In this document: positions 9,487 through 19,335 of the stretch, piece by piece
How the letters are laid out: the number at the start of each line of letters is the position of its first letter
How positions within the stretch are numbered: the stretch's first letter is position 1
Assembly: GCA_002709385.1 (NCBI GenBank)
Contig: PAQS01000031.1
Location: 7,398 to 71,397, forward strand
From: Waddliaceae bacterium
GTDB taxonomy: Bacteria; Chlamydiota; Chlamydiia; Chlamydiales; GCA-2709385
Reading direction: 5' to 3'
DNA length: 64,000 nucleotides
The notes under the pieces: model-generated
Seen by the model: the letters and a program-made list of their open reading frames with translations, nothing else
Databases searched by the model: none
Told to the model about the DNA's origin: nothing
Translations under genes and position numbers: made by a program

Positions 9487-12400
9487 TTGATTGAGACTTC
9501 TCGAATGGATGAGAAAAATTCCGAAGACGACCTTCAGTTGTCAGATGATGAACTTGAGCTCTTACTGCAAGATGTTAGTTCCCTTGAGGACGAAACAGCT
9601 GCTGATGAGCAAGCTCCTTCTGAAAATTCTGATAATCCACAGAATTTATCTAATTCTAAAGTCGAAATTCCAGAAGATATAGAACGGCAAAAGCAAAAAG
9701 TCATTGATTTACTATCACAAGTTGCTGAAGAATCTGAAGACCGCGATGAAACTGACGAAGCTCCTGAAGACATTAACATCGAGGATGAGCTAAAGCGAAT
9801 CAATGAGCTTTTTCAAGAAAATGCAGATGACGATGAGCTTCAAGATAATGAATTTGAAGACCTTGATTTAAACGCCCTCATCGATGAAATAGATTCGATT
9901 GATTTTGATAAAGTTGAGTTAGAAGAAGATAATGAAGCTTTAGATGAAACCACTGACAAAGAACCTGAAGAAGATGAATTTCTTTTAGAATTCAACGAAG
10001 ACGAACAGGTTGACGATACACTTCTACAAGCTATTCAAGACGAGATCCCTCATATAGAAGAAGAAACTCTTCCTTCTATTGAAAATGAAGAAATAGAAAA
10101 AGAAGAAGAAAAAGAAGCACTTCCTTCCGACTTATCTGAGCCTGTAAACTCTGCTACTCCTTCTCTAGTTGATGATGAATCTGAAGATGCTTCATCAGAT
10201 TTTGAATACGAGCAGGAAGATGAAGAAGAGTATTATTACGATGATGACGAAGAAGATCAAGAAGCACAAAAACGCGTACAAACGCGTCGTATGATTACAT
10301 TAGGCACCTTGATTCTTTTCATTTCAGCTGCAATAGGGTTTGGTTGCTTCACTGTAATTCGTTCTCGTAATGCTTCATATGAGTTAATGGCTGCGCGTGG
10401 CCTTGCAGACGTTATGATGGCTCTTGCTCATGCTCGAGTTATGGAATCTAAACCAGATTACGTTCCACCTGATGATCCTGATATTATTGCTCATGAATTA
10501 GAAGTCATTCTTAATCCGAGCTATTTAAAGCTTTCTCCGATTAATTCTTCGGCTCGTTTTACAGACCCTTCTTACAATTTGAGAGTTTTTTCCAAGAACG
10601 ATTTTTCAAAATATGTTCTTATTGCCGAACCGACACCTTCTTTTTTACAACGCTTATTTCCTAAGGCAGCAATTATTGCTACATCTCATGATATGTCTCT
10701 GTATAAAAGCAAAGATCTTTATCCTTGGTTGAAACTCTTCATTCGCAATCCTCAGCTAGAAAATATTGAAATTCCTGATATCAACAATCTGTCAAAGCAA
10801 GAAGAGCTTGTTCGTCTATCATCTTTAAATGGCAGTAATTCATCTCAGGGATTTGAACCTCCACGAGAATTATCATATGTTCGCCCTGGTACAGAAAACT
10901 TGCTTTACAATGCACCTCGTTATTATCGATTTACTAAAGAATTGATTGACCTTTCTCTGAATCTTGATGCTGAAGCGAGCCAACCAATAAGTGATATGGC
11001 TAATCGCTTCAACGCTTTTCCTGGTTTGATTTGTTACGTAGCAGGTGAAAAAGAAGTTGCGGAAATTGCCGCTCGAAGCTTGCAACTCTATGCTCCAACA
11101 TCCCCTCTGCTTGTTGGCCAAGTAAGCCTAGGATTAGATAATCAGTTCATCAGTAATTCCAGTTTAATTAGTGATATTCAATTAGACGAACTACCTAAAA
11201 GCCTCACCGAAGCTGTTTCTGACTTTTCTTATGAAGAAGAACAAAAAGAGGAAAGTACAGAAGGTCGTAAAGTTGATGATGAATCACGAATGCAGGAAAA
11301 ATTTTCTACTCATCATCCATTTTATACAACGATGCTTCAATGGCGTGGTAGAAGAGAAGCTGCTTTACAGCCTTTAGCTTTGCAAATGACACAGCTTGTA
11401 AATGAACATAGCCAAGCTGAACTTCCTAATTTTGTTGAACAACACAGTACCTTATTTTCTTCTTATCAATCTGTTGCTCATGAGCAACACGAGTGGATTT
11501 CCGATCAACTTGTTGATCTATATGCACGTTACGTACAAGATGCTTCTGATGAAGTTGCTGAAGCATTTTTCTACTCAGTAAGAGCAACATCTTTAGAAAA
11601 TTATATCCCTAGCTCTCTTAGACAAAGGGAAAAATTATCGGAAGAAGGTCTACCACCTCGTCAACAAGCAAGCAGTTACATAAAAGAAGTTCCTGGCACT
11701 CGAGATTTGTTAGAGTTACATGATTTAGTATCAAAAACAATTGTTCTTTTAACTCCAAATAATATTAGTAATCCTAATGAACTTATCTCTTTGCAAGACG
11801 AACTTCGTACGGTTGTATTAAGAGCTATTGGGCGTTTTCTCTTGTCTCCTGAAAGCCAATTATCACCAGAGACATTTCAAAGTGAGAACAGAGTTATTCT
11901 GGATGATATACTCAGTGCAGCAAATATCAACGATGAAGAAGAGCGTGAGTTTTACCTCCAAGAATTTGATATTTTGATGGAAAAATATCGTGTCATATCT
12001 AAAGATCGAAAAACAGCAGTAGAGCTACGTAGGCCTTCAACCCCAGATCCAGAAACAGTTGAACAAAGTGGTGTTCTTCGTGAGGAACTAGCTCGAATTC
12101 CTTTAAGTTCTATCAGTGCCGATTCAGATTTATCATACCAAGAAAACTCTGGTCGCATTGGTCAACAAATAATTATAGAGCAACTCTCTCAAAAGCCTAG
12201 TACAGAAAGAGATGAAGCTTTATGGGAAGTTCTTAGTTTACTTCAGCAAGACACAGAAAACAACCGGGGTTTATGGGGAGATATTCTTGAAGCGTACCGT
12301 ATGCTCACAGAAACTCCTAACAAAGAAATTATAGAAGTTGTTTATTCGAATTTAGGTTTTCAATCAGGCACTCCCCCATTACATACAAATATTAGAACAG

Positions 12401-12942
12401 CATTTGAAGAGTATCTTGTTGCTAAACGTTCTTTATCACAAATAACAGACCCTACTCTTTTTATTGCTCAGAGAGATTTATTCTTGCAAACCCAGACAGA
12501 GTCTTTAAAACAAGTCATTGCTGATGCGCAGACAATTCAGTCAAAAACCAGGGTTCTTAATGAGTCATTAGACACGTTTCTAAATAGGCTCAATGACTAT
12601 GTAGAGCAGTATGAGGTGGCTCGTTCTCAGGGATATTTCGTTGAAAATCGTTCGTACCACAGCATTCTATTAGGTACTGTCGCAGATCAAATTAAGAAAA
12701 TTGAGAAGCTAAAAAGACTCGTATCAGATGTGACAAAACAGCTTACTATAGCTAGTCGACAACATAAAGCATTAGCTTTACAAGAACTAGCTAGATTAGA
12801 AACCAGTGATTCAATCAGCCCAGAAGATGTAAGTGTTCTTCAGCAAAGAAACAACCAAATTCAGTATCCGAATTTATTGGCGGATAATCTTGGCGAAAAG
12901 TTACTAAATGCTTTAGAAGTAAATATCCCCTCTAAATATTAA
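9487..12942 (+). CDS. Large hypothetical membrane-anchored protein with a very acidic N-terminal region
   Basis: 1151-aa ORF (probable ATG 9505); ~265 aa D/E-rich region, one TM segment (ITLGTLILFISAAIGFGCFTVI), helical C-terminus. Confidence 0.8.
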   Translation: MIETSRMDEKNSEDDLQLSDDELELLLQDVSSLEDETAADEQAPSENSDNPQNLSNSKVEIPEDIERQKQKVIDLLSQVAEESEDRDETDEAPEDINIEDELKRINELFQENADDDELQDNEFEDLDLNALIDEIDSIDFDKVELEEDNEALDETTDKEPEEDEFLLEFNEDEQVDDTLLQAIQDEIPHIEEETLPSIENEEIEKEEEKEALPSDLSEPVNSATPSLVDDESEDASSDFEYEQEDEEEYYYDDDEEDQEAQKRVQTRRMITLGTLILFISAAIGFGCFTVIRSRNASYELMAARGLADVMMALAHARVMESKPDYVPPDDPDIIAHELEVILNPSYLKLSPINSSARFTDPSYNLRVFSKNDFSKYVLIAEPTPSFLQRLFPKAAIIATSHDMSLYKSKDLYPWLKLFIRNPQLENIEIPDINNLSKQEELVRLSSLNGSNSSQGFEPPRELSYVRPGTENLLYNAPRYYRFTKELIDLSLNLDAEASQPISDMANRFNAFPGLICYVAGEKEVAEIAARSLQLYAPTSPLLVGQVSLGLDNQFISNSSLISDIQLDELPKSLTEAVSDFSYEEEQKEESTEGRKVDDESRMQEKFSTHHPFYTTMLQWRGRREAALQPLALQMTQLVNEHSQAELPNFVEQHSTLFSSYQSVAHEQHEWISDQLVDLYARYVQDASDEVAEAFFYSVRATSLENYIPSSLRQREKLSEEGLPPRQQASSYIKEVPGTRDLLELHDLVSKTIVLLTPNNISNPNELISLQDELRTVVLRAIGRFLLSPESQLSPETFQSENRVILDDILSAANINDEEEREFYLQEFDILMEKYRVISKDRKTAVELRRPSTPDPETVEQSGVLREELARIPLSSISADSDLSYQENSGRIGQQIIIEQLSQKPSTERDEALWEVLSLLQQDTENNRGLWGDILEAYRMLTETPNKEIIEVVYSNLGFQSGTPPLHTNIRTAFEEYLVAKRSLSQITDPTLFIAQRDLFLQTQTESLKQVIADAQTIQSKTRVLNESLDTFLNRLNDYVEQYEVARSQGYFVENRSYHSILLGTVADQIKKIEKLKRLVSDVTKQLTIASRQHKALALQELARLETSDSISPEDVSVLQQRNNQIQYPNLLADNLGEKLLNALEVNIPSKY

Positions 12943-12957
12943 TTTTTCTTATATTAA

Positions 12958-13051
12958 ACCTCTGATGCCTACCTAATCTTAAGTCTACTTAGCTAAATCT
13001 TGCAGGAGCACTTCTATACAAGATAAGTTAATTAGGGACATTTCTTGGTAT
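12958..13051 (+). repeat. Degenerate copy of the dispersed motif element
   Basis: ACCTCTGATGCCTACCTAATC (18/21 identical to ACCTCCAATGGCTACCTAATC); weak inverted end ATTAGGGACATTTCTTGGTAT at 13031-13051. Confidence 0.55.
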
Positions 13052-13125
13052 TTTAGGCAAAACTCGCTACAATTGTCTGGAATGAAAATCATCTTATTTA
13101 GCTAATTCACACGAGTGTGTTGCCA

Positions 13126-14418
13126 ATGAAATATACTATTCCTAAAGGGACATTTGATATCGTTCCACAAGCACAAAATGAAAAAGAACGATGGAAAGAT
13201 TCAGGACTTTGGCAAAAAATCGAAGAGTTGATTCGCAATACAGTATCAAGTTACGGTTTTCAAGAAATCCGTACACCTGTATTTGAACAAAGTTCTTTAT
13301 TTCATCGTAGTGTTGGTGAGGCTACTGATATCATCTCTAAAGAAATGTATGAATTTGAGGATCGAGGTGGTCGTTCTATATGCCTTCGTCCAGAAGGAAC
13401 GGCACCGGTTATGCGTGCTTATGTAGAACGAGCGATGCATCATCACTCCCCTGTTTCAAAATTATTTTACATTGGTCCTATGTTTCGATATGAACGCCCA
13501 CAAGCTGGTCGTTTCAGACAACATCACCAGTTTGGAGCTGAAGCAATTGGGGTAGCATCTGCAGAGCAAGATGTTGAAATCATTGACTTGCTTTATACTG
13601 TGTATAGCAGAATTGGTTTGCAAAATTTATCTGTACAAATCAATTCAATTGGTGACCATAAATCTAGAAAACTCTACAGAGAAGCACTTACAAGTTACTT
13701 AAAACCTCACTTGAATTCTTTATCTGAAGACAGTCAAAGGCGCTTAGAACAAAATCCCCTTCGAATTTTGGATTCTAAAAACCCTTCTGACAAAGAAATT
13801 TTAACAGGAGCTCCTTCTATATTAGATTTTCTCGGACCTGAAAGTAAGGATCGATTTGAATTAGTAAAGACTCGCCTCACTCAACTAGGTATTCCATTTA
13901 CAGTTGTTCCATCTCTAGTACGTGGTTTGGATTACTATAATGAGACAGTTTTTGAAATTGTAAGCGGTGAGCTTGGAGCACAGAATAGTATTGGTGGTGG
14001 TGGCCGCTATGATGGTTTGATCAAAACACTTGGTGGTCCTGACTTACCTGCAGTTGGGTTTGGTACAGGTTTAGAACGCATATTACAGACTGCTCTTGGG
14101 CAGAACGTAGCTTTCACTCCTACACCTGGTCCCATCGTATTTTTTATTCCTCTTGGAGTTAACGCCCTCACCCACTGTGTATCTCTTCTTCACCAACTAA
14201 GAGAAGAAAATCTCCATGTAGAAATGGATTATAGCGGTCGAAAGCTAGGTAAGGTTATGTCATATGCTGATAACATTAACAGCCAATACGTAGCGGTAGT
14301 AGGAGACCAGGAAATAGCAAATAACAGTATCGAACTAAAACACATGAAGAGCGGAGAGAAAACCGCATTTTCGCTAGAAGGTTTTTCTGAACAGATCAAA
14401 AAACTAGCAAAAGGTTAA
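13126..14418 (+). CDS. hisS: Histidine--tRNA ligase
   Basis: PKGTFD, KEMYEFEDRGGR, LRPEGTA, FRYERPQAGRFRQH, LVRGLDYY, GGGRYDGL. Confidence 0.98.
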   Translation: MKYTIPKGTFDIVPQAQNEKERWKDSGLWQKIEELIRNTVSSYGFQEIRTPVFEQSSLFHRSVGEATDIISKEMYEFEDRGGRSICLRPEGTAPVMRAYVERAMHHHSPVSKLFYIGPMFRYERPQAGRFRQHHQFGAEAIGVASAEQDVEIIDLLYTVYSRIGLQNLSVQINSIGDHKSRKLYREALTSYLKPHLNSLSEDSQRRLEQNPLRILDSKNPSDKEILTGAPSILDFLGPESKDRFELVKTRLTQLGIPFTVVPSLVRGLDYYNETVFEIVSGELGAQNSIGGGGRYDGLIKTLGGPDLPAVGFGTGLERILQTALGQNVAFTPTPGPIVFFIPLGVNALTHCVSLLHQLREENLHVEMDYSGRKLGKVMSYADNINSQYVAVVGDQEIANNSIELKHMKSGEKTAFSLEGFSEQIKKLAKG

Positions 14419-14428
14419 AGGATTAACA

Positions 14429-16219
14429 ATGGTTCATTATCGACGAACACACGACTGCGGTACATTACGTAAAGAAGATATCGGTCAGAAAGTGACTCTT
14501 TCAGGTTGGGTACACCGACGACGAGATCATGGTGGTCTTATTTTCATAGATTTACGAGACCGTTATGGACTTACACAAATTGTTTTTGACCCAGATGTAA
14601 ATCGTGATGCTCATCGGCAAGCAGAAGAGATGCGCTCTGAGTGGGTTCTATCCATACAAGGAGAAGTTATTCCTCGAGCTGAAGGTATGTCTAACCCAAA
14701 ATTGAAAACTGGAGATATCGAAGTACAAGTACTAGAGCTTTCTATTCTCAGTCGGGCAAATACCCCTCCATTTTCTATTTCTGATGAAACGATTCAGGTG
14801 AATGAAGACTTACGTCTTAAGCACCGTTATCTTGATATTCGTCGTGGAACAGTGGCTGAAAACCTTCAACTACGCCACCAAGTTACCCAGTGCACACGTA
14901 ACTTTTTAGATCGTCACGGTTTCTTAGATATTCAAACTCCTATACTCGGAAAATCTACTCCTGAGGGAGCTAGAGACTATCTTGTACCTTCACGTGTACA
15001 TCCTAATTCATTTTATGCTCTCCCTCAATCTCCTCAGCTACTCAAACAGCTTTTGATGATTTCAGGTGTAGACCGCTATTTTCAAATAGCAACATGTTTC
15101 CGTGACGAAGATTTGCGTGCTGACCGTCAACCTGAGTTCACTCAAATTGATATAGAGATGAGCTTTGCTTCACCAGACGATTTATTTCCTTTGATAGAAT
15201 CTCTTATTCAAGAAATTTTATCTAAAACAAAGAACGTAGAAATTCCTGCCCCTTTCCCTCGCCTTACTTATGACGAATGTATTGAGCGTTATGGAACAGA
15301 TAAGCCAGACCTACGCTTTGCTATGCCTTTAGTACGTATTGATGATATTGCTAAGCGTAGTACGTTTACAGTATTTCAAGATCAATTAAATGCTGGCGGT
15401 AGTATCAAAGCGATTTGTGTAAAAGGTGGGGCTGATATTTCTCGCAAGGGAATCGACTCTTATACTCAATTTGTGGGTACGCTAGGTATTAAAGGCCTTG
15501 CATGGATGAAGCTTCAAGATTCTGGACTTAGCTCAAGTATTGTGAAGTTCTTTTCAGAAGACCTTCAAAAAGAATTGATCGAACAAACCGGTGCTGAAAG
15601 TGGAGATCTTCTATTTATGGTTGCAGATACTCCTGAGCGCTGTAATCAAGGTTTGGATCACTTACGCCGTCGTATAGCACGAGACCGACAGCTTATCGAT
15701 GAAAACGCTTATAATTTCTTATGGGTCACAGATTTCCCATTATTTGCTTGGAATGATGATGAGAAGCGTATTGAAAGTGAGCACCATCCTTTCACAAGTC
15801 CTCATCATGAAGATATTGCTCTTATTGATACAGAGCCTCTCAAGGTTCGTTCATCCAGCTATGACCTAGTTTTAAACGGTTATGAAACAGCATCTGGAAG
15901 CCAAAGAATTCACGACAGTGAATTACAAAAGAAAATTTTTGAAACACTGCAATTAAGTTCTGAAGATATCTATGAGAAGTTTGGATTTTTTGTTGAGGCA
16001 TTACAATACGGTACTCCTCCTCATTTGGGAGTAGCTCTTGGTCTCGACCGTATCATGATGGTACTCTGTAAGACAGAGAACATCCGCGATGTAATTGCTT
16101 TTCCTAAAAACCAAAAAGCTGTTGATGTCATGACACAAGCCCCTTCTGCAGTAGCCGAAGAACAAATGAAAGAATTACACATTAAAAGTAGTGCTCCTAA
16201 AGAATTAACTTGGACATAA
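14429..16219 (+). CDS. aspS: Aspartate--tRNA ligase (probably non-discriminating Asp/Asn type)
   Basis: RTHDCG, RRDHGG (His typical of non-discriminating AspRS), TPEGARDYLVPSR, FRDEDLRADRQPEFTQID, GLDR. Confidence 0.98.
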   Translation: MVHYRRTHDCGTLRKEDIGQKVTLSGWVHRRRDHGGLIFIDLRDRYGLTQIVFDPDVNRDAHRQAEEMRSEWVLSIQGEVIPRAEGMSNPKLKTGDIEVQVLELSILSRANTPPFSISDETIQVNEDLRLKHRYLDIRRGTVAENLQLRHQVTQCTRNFLDRHGFLDIQTPILGKSTPEGARDYLVPSRVHPNSFYALPQSPQLLKQLLMISGVDRYFQIATCFRDEDLRADRQPEFTQIDIEMSFASPDDLFPLIESLIQEILSKTKNVEIPAPFPRLTYDECIERYGTDKPDLRFAMPLVRIDDIAKRSTFTVFQDQLNAGGSIKAICVKGGADISRKGIDSYTQFVGTLGIKGLAWMKLQDSGLSSSIVKFFSEDLQKELIEQTGAESGDLLFMVADTPERCNQGLDHLRRRIARDRQLIDENAYNFLWVTDFPLFAWNDDEKRIESEHHPFTSPHHEDIALIDTEPLKVRSSSYDLVLNGYETASGSQRIHDSELQKKIFETLQLSSEDIYEKFGFFVEALQYGTPPHLGVALGLDRIMMVLCKTENIRDVIAFPKNQKAVDVMTQAPSAVAEEQMKELHIKSSAPKELTWT

Positions 16220-16275
16220 AACTTTGTAAAATTATAACTGATAATGATGTGTGAATCTTCTTGGAGAATGAATCA

Positions 16276-17280
16276 ATGTTTAAAAAAGCTTTACTGCTGA
16301 GCATCACTGGCATAGGCATTGGCTTTGCCTTTTTGAGTGCAAGTACTGGGAGTGAATCTAAAACTGACGTTGTTGTAGCTGAAGCTTCTAAAGAAGCTGA
16401 AGCCGCTTATCATCCTACTCAAGACGAGATCAATAAGCTTTCAGAAGCATTTGGTCATCTTATTGGTAGCAGTTTAGAAACACCGGGCCTTACTTTTAAC
16501 CTAGAGAGCATCATCAAAGGTATGATCGATGCTACACAGGGAAAAGAAGCCCCTATGCCTTTAGAAGACTATGAGCAATTAATGGTTCGTATTAATGAAG
16601 CTGCATGGGATCAAATGGCTCAGGACAATCTAAATGCTGCCAACACATTTCTGGTTGAGAATGGTCAGAAAGAGGGAATTGTTGAACTCACACCACAAAA
16701 ACTCCAATATGAAGTTCTCGAAGAAGGAACTGGAGCCGAGGTTGTTGAACATACAACTCCTTTGATCAACTACACAGGCACATACATTGATGGTTCTGTA
16801 TTTGGTAGTACAAATGAAACAGGTGGTCCTATTGACTTATCTTTAGACCATACTATTCCAGGCTTTCAACAAGCTGTTGTTGGGATGAAAGAAGGCGAAA
16901 AACGTCGCATTTATATTCACCCTGATTTGGCTTATGGTACAAATGGTCACCTTGATCCAAATGCCTTGCTTACATTCGAAGTAGAAATTATTCGAAGTAA
17001 TGCTGAGCTTGCATCAGTAGAGGAAGAAGTCGATTCTAATACGGAAGCTCAGACTGAAGAAATCGCTGAGACAACAATAAAAGAAACTACTGAAAAGCTT
17101 GTAACTTTGGAAACAGAAAACACCGAAGAAACAATTCGTTCAGAAGCTTTTGAAATGCCAGGACAAGAGCTGGAAATTGCTGAGCTAGAAATTCAAACTG
17201 GTCCAGCTCAACCAGAATTTGAAGAACTTACTGCAGAAGTTGAAGAAAGTATAGATTTGGCTCCTGCACAAGCACTGTAA
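16276..17280 (+). CDS. mip: FKBP-type peptidyl-prolyl isomerase (Mip) with acidic C-terminal tail
   Basis: LQYEVLEEGTG, YTGTYIDGSVFGS, IPGF...GM..GEKR...HPDLAYG, L.FEVE; follows aspS as in chlamydiae. Confidence 0.9.
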   Translation: MFKKALLLSITGIGIGFAFLSASTGSESKTDVVVAEASKEAEAAYHPTQDEINKLSEAFGHLIGSSLETPGLTFNLESIIKGMIDATQGKEAPMPLEDYEQLMVRINEAAWDQMAQDNLNAANTFLVENGQKEGIVELTPQKLQYEVLEEGTGAEVVEHTTPLINYTGTYIDGSVFGSTNETGGPIDLSLDHTIPGFQQAVVGMKEGEKRRIYIHPDLAYGTNGHLDPNALLTFEVEIIRSNAELASVEEEVDSNTEAQTEEIAETTIKETTEKLVTLETENTEETIRSEAFEMPGQELEIAELEIQTGPAQPEFEELTAEVEESIDLAPAQAL

Positions 17281-17289
17281 GCTTCATTT

Positions 17290-17321
17290 ATGAGGGGCTA
17301 TATACCTTTATAGCCTCTCAT
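17290..17321 (+). terminator. Stem-loop after mip, probable terminator
   Basis: ATGAGGGGCTATA/TATAGCCTCTCAT 13-bp stem (one G.U) starting 10 nt after the stop. Confidence 0.65.
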
Positions 17322-17491
17322 TCACCACCCCATTTATTTTCACTTCAAATTTTTCTCTCCAATATATTAAAGCTCCGATGTGAAATAAAGTAGCTATTGG
17401 AGCTTAAACGAAACATTAGAACTTTTTCATAACTCTTTTTCTCTTTATAATTTTTATCTTTTTCTAATGAATTTTCTAAAAGAGATAAACA

Positions 17492-18049
17492 ATGAATTTT
17501 TCTTCTTTTGACTATGGTCAAAAATTTCCCTCTCATAGTGAATTTAACTTAAATACTCCTCTAGAAGAACTTGATCCTCTTTTTCCAGACAATGAAATTC
17601 TAGTTAATTCTCATGAAAACTACTATGGCTTTCAAGAAAATACTGACTATTACTCTATTAACAATTACACTTACCTAGAAGAAGAAAAAAGAAATAATAC
17701 GTATCTCGATTATTTAATTAGAGAAATCGCACTCTTTTCCTTATGTCCTGCTAGTGAGTTGGAAAGCAATATTAAAAAATGTGGTAACGTAAAAAAATTT
17801 ACTCTTGAATATGGCTCTAACCAAACTAAAGTCGGTGAAATTCGTCGTATTTTAAAAGCTGTAAAAAGTGGACACCCAACATTTTCAGATGAAAAGTTGG
17901 ATAACATTGTTTACTTATACGAGGTAGAGCATCAACCCTACACTGAAATTGGTAAAAAATATAATATATCTAAAACAACAGCAAATGAATTATACCAAAC
18001 AGCTAAAATACGAAATCTATACAGACAATATACTTTAAATAAAAATTAA
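17492..18049 (+). CDS. Hypothetical protein with C-terminal HTH-like motif (paralog 1)
   Basis: YTEIGKKYNISKTTANELY resembles a sigma-region-4/HTH motif; similar to the next ORF; AT-rich. Confidence 0.65.
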   Translation: MNFSSFDYGQKFPSHSEFNLNTPLEELDPLFPDNEILVNSHENYYGFQENTDYYSINNYTYLEEEKRNNTYLDYLIREIALFSLCPASELESNIKKCGNVKKFTLEYGSNQTKVGEIRRILKAVKSGHPTFSDEKLDNIVYLYEVEHQPYTEIGKKYNISKTTANELYQTAKIRNLYRQYTLNKN

Positions 18050-18175
18050 AAAACAAAGATTATCCATTTAAAATTTAAACACTAAGTACATAAAAAAGAA
18101 AATTACTTATTTCCTATAAAACCATTTGATGATATGAATACGATCTTTTTATTAAAAATCGGTCGAGGTTATATC

Positions 18176-18766
18176 ATGGTATATTTTGATACTCTTTATT
18201 ACACAAATCCTGATTTAGACGAAGCATTCGCATTTCAATCTTCAACGACTCATAATATTACTGATGATGATTTATCTGCTCTTTTTCCTTTTCTTGATGA
18301 AAATTCACAAGCATCAGAGCAAAATCAACAAAACTCCTCCTATCATTTGCCTCAAATATATAATCCTTCTATACCCGCAGGTGATATAGAAAAAAAAAGA
18401 AAAGACTATCTAGATAAACTGTTTAGAAAAGTTTGTCGTTTCTCTATTTTTCCGGTGAGTGAAATAAATTGGAGATTAGAACAATGTGGAAACGATGTAG
18501 ATACTTTTAGTCATGTATATAATACTTCTTCCTACACTATTTACAAAATTTTTCGCATCATAAATGCTGTAGAAAAAGGTCATAAAGATTTTACAGATGA
18601 CGATTTATGGGATATTTTTGATCGTCATGAAAACAAAAGACATTTATTTGAAAATATTGCTAAAGATTACAATTACTCTACTTCTTTTATACGCGAGATT
18701 TATCAAACAGCTAAAATTCGACTTTTATATAATCAATATACATATAAATTAATTTTTAATACTTAG
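18176..18766 (+). CDS. Hypothetical protein with C-terminal HTH-like motif (paralog 2)
   Basis: FENIAKDYNYSTSFIREIYQTAKIR; shares YLD.L.R, CG, AV..GH, YQTAKIR.LY.QYT with the upstream ORF; GAGG before ATG 18176 (ORF open from 18134). Confidence 0.65.
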   Translation: MVYFDTLYYTNPDLDEAFAFQSSTTHNITDDDLSALFPFLDENSQASEQNQQNSSYHLPQIYNPSIPAGDIEKKRKDYLDKLFRKVCRFSIFPVSEINWRLEQCGNDVDTFSHVYNTSSYTIYKIFRIINAVEKGHKDFTDDDLWDIFDRHENKRHLFENIAKDYNYSTSFIREIYQTAKIRLLYNQYTYKLIFNT

Positions 18767-18852
18767 TCTTATTTAATCTTTCAGTTTTTCCTCCTCAGAA
18801 AACAAAAAAGAAGATAAGATTTTTACTTTATATTTTTACTTAGGAAATTTCT

Positions 18853-19335
18853 ATGGGAATAATTATTGGCTTATATGAACCACAAATTCCCCAAAATACT
18901 GGAAATATAGCTCGAACTTGTGCTGTGACAGGTTCGAAGCTTATTTTATTCGGACAAGCAGGCTTTACTTTAGAAGAAAAAAAACTACGAAGAGCTGGCT
19001 TAGACTACTGGAACTCGGTCTGTATGGGTAACGAAGAAAGCTTAGAAAATTACCTTGAAAATACTGCTCAACCCTTTTACTTTTTTTCCAGTAAAGCTAA
19101 ACGAAGCTTTTGGGAACAGCCAATGGAAAAAAACAGCTTATTAATCTTCGGTTCAGAGACAAGTGGGCTTCCTCAACACATTACCGATAAATATGAAGAT
19201 CGCTTAGTTCGTATTCCGATGTTAGAAGGACAAAGATGTTTGAACCTATCGAATTCAGTTTCCATAGCCATTTATGAAGTACTCAGGCAGAATTGTGGCT
19301 CAAAAAGTAGTTACAGCCTGAATGATGCGAATTGA
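18853..19335 (+). CDS. trmL: tRNA (cytidine/uridine-34-2'-O)-methyltransferase, SpoU family
   Basis: PQIPQNTGNIARTC, RRAGLDYW, FGSETSGLP, RCLNLSNSV. Confidence 0.95.
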   Translation: MGIIIGLYEPQIPQNTGNIARTCAVTGSKLILFGQAGFTLEEKKLRRAGLDYWNSVCMGNEESLENYLENTAQPFYFFSSKAKRSFWEQPMEKNSLLIFGSETSGLPQHITDKYEDRLVRIPMLEGQRCLNLSNSVSIAIYEVLRQNCGSKSSYSLNDAN

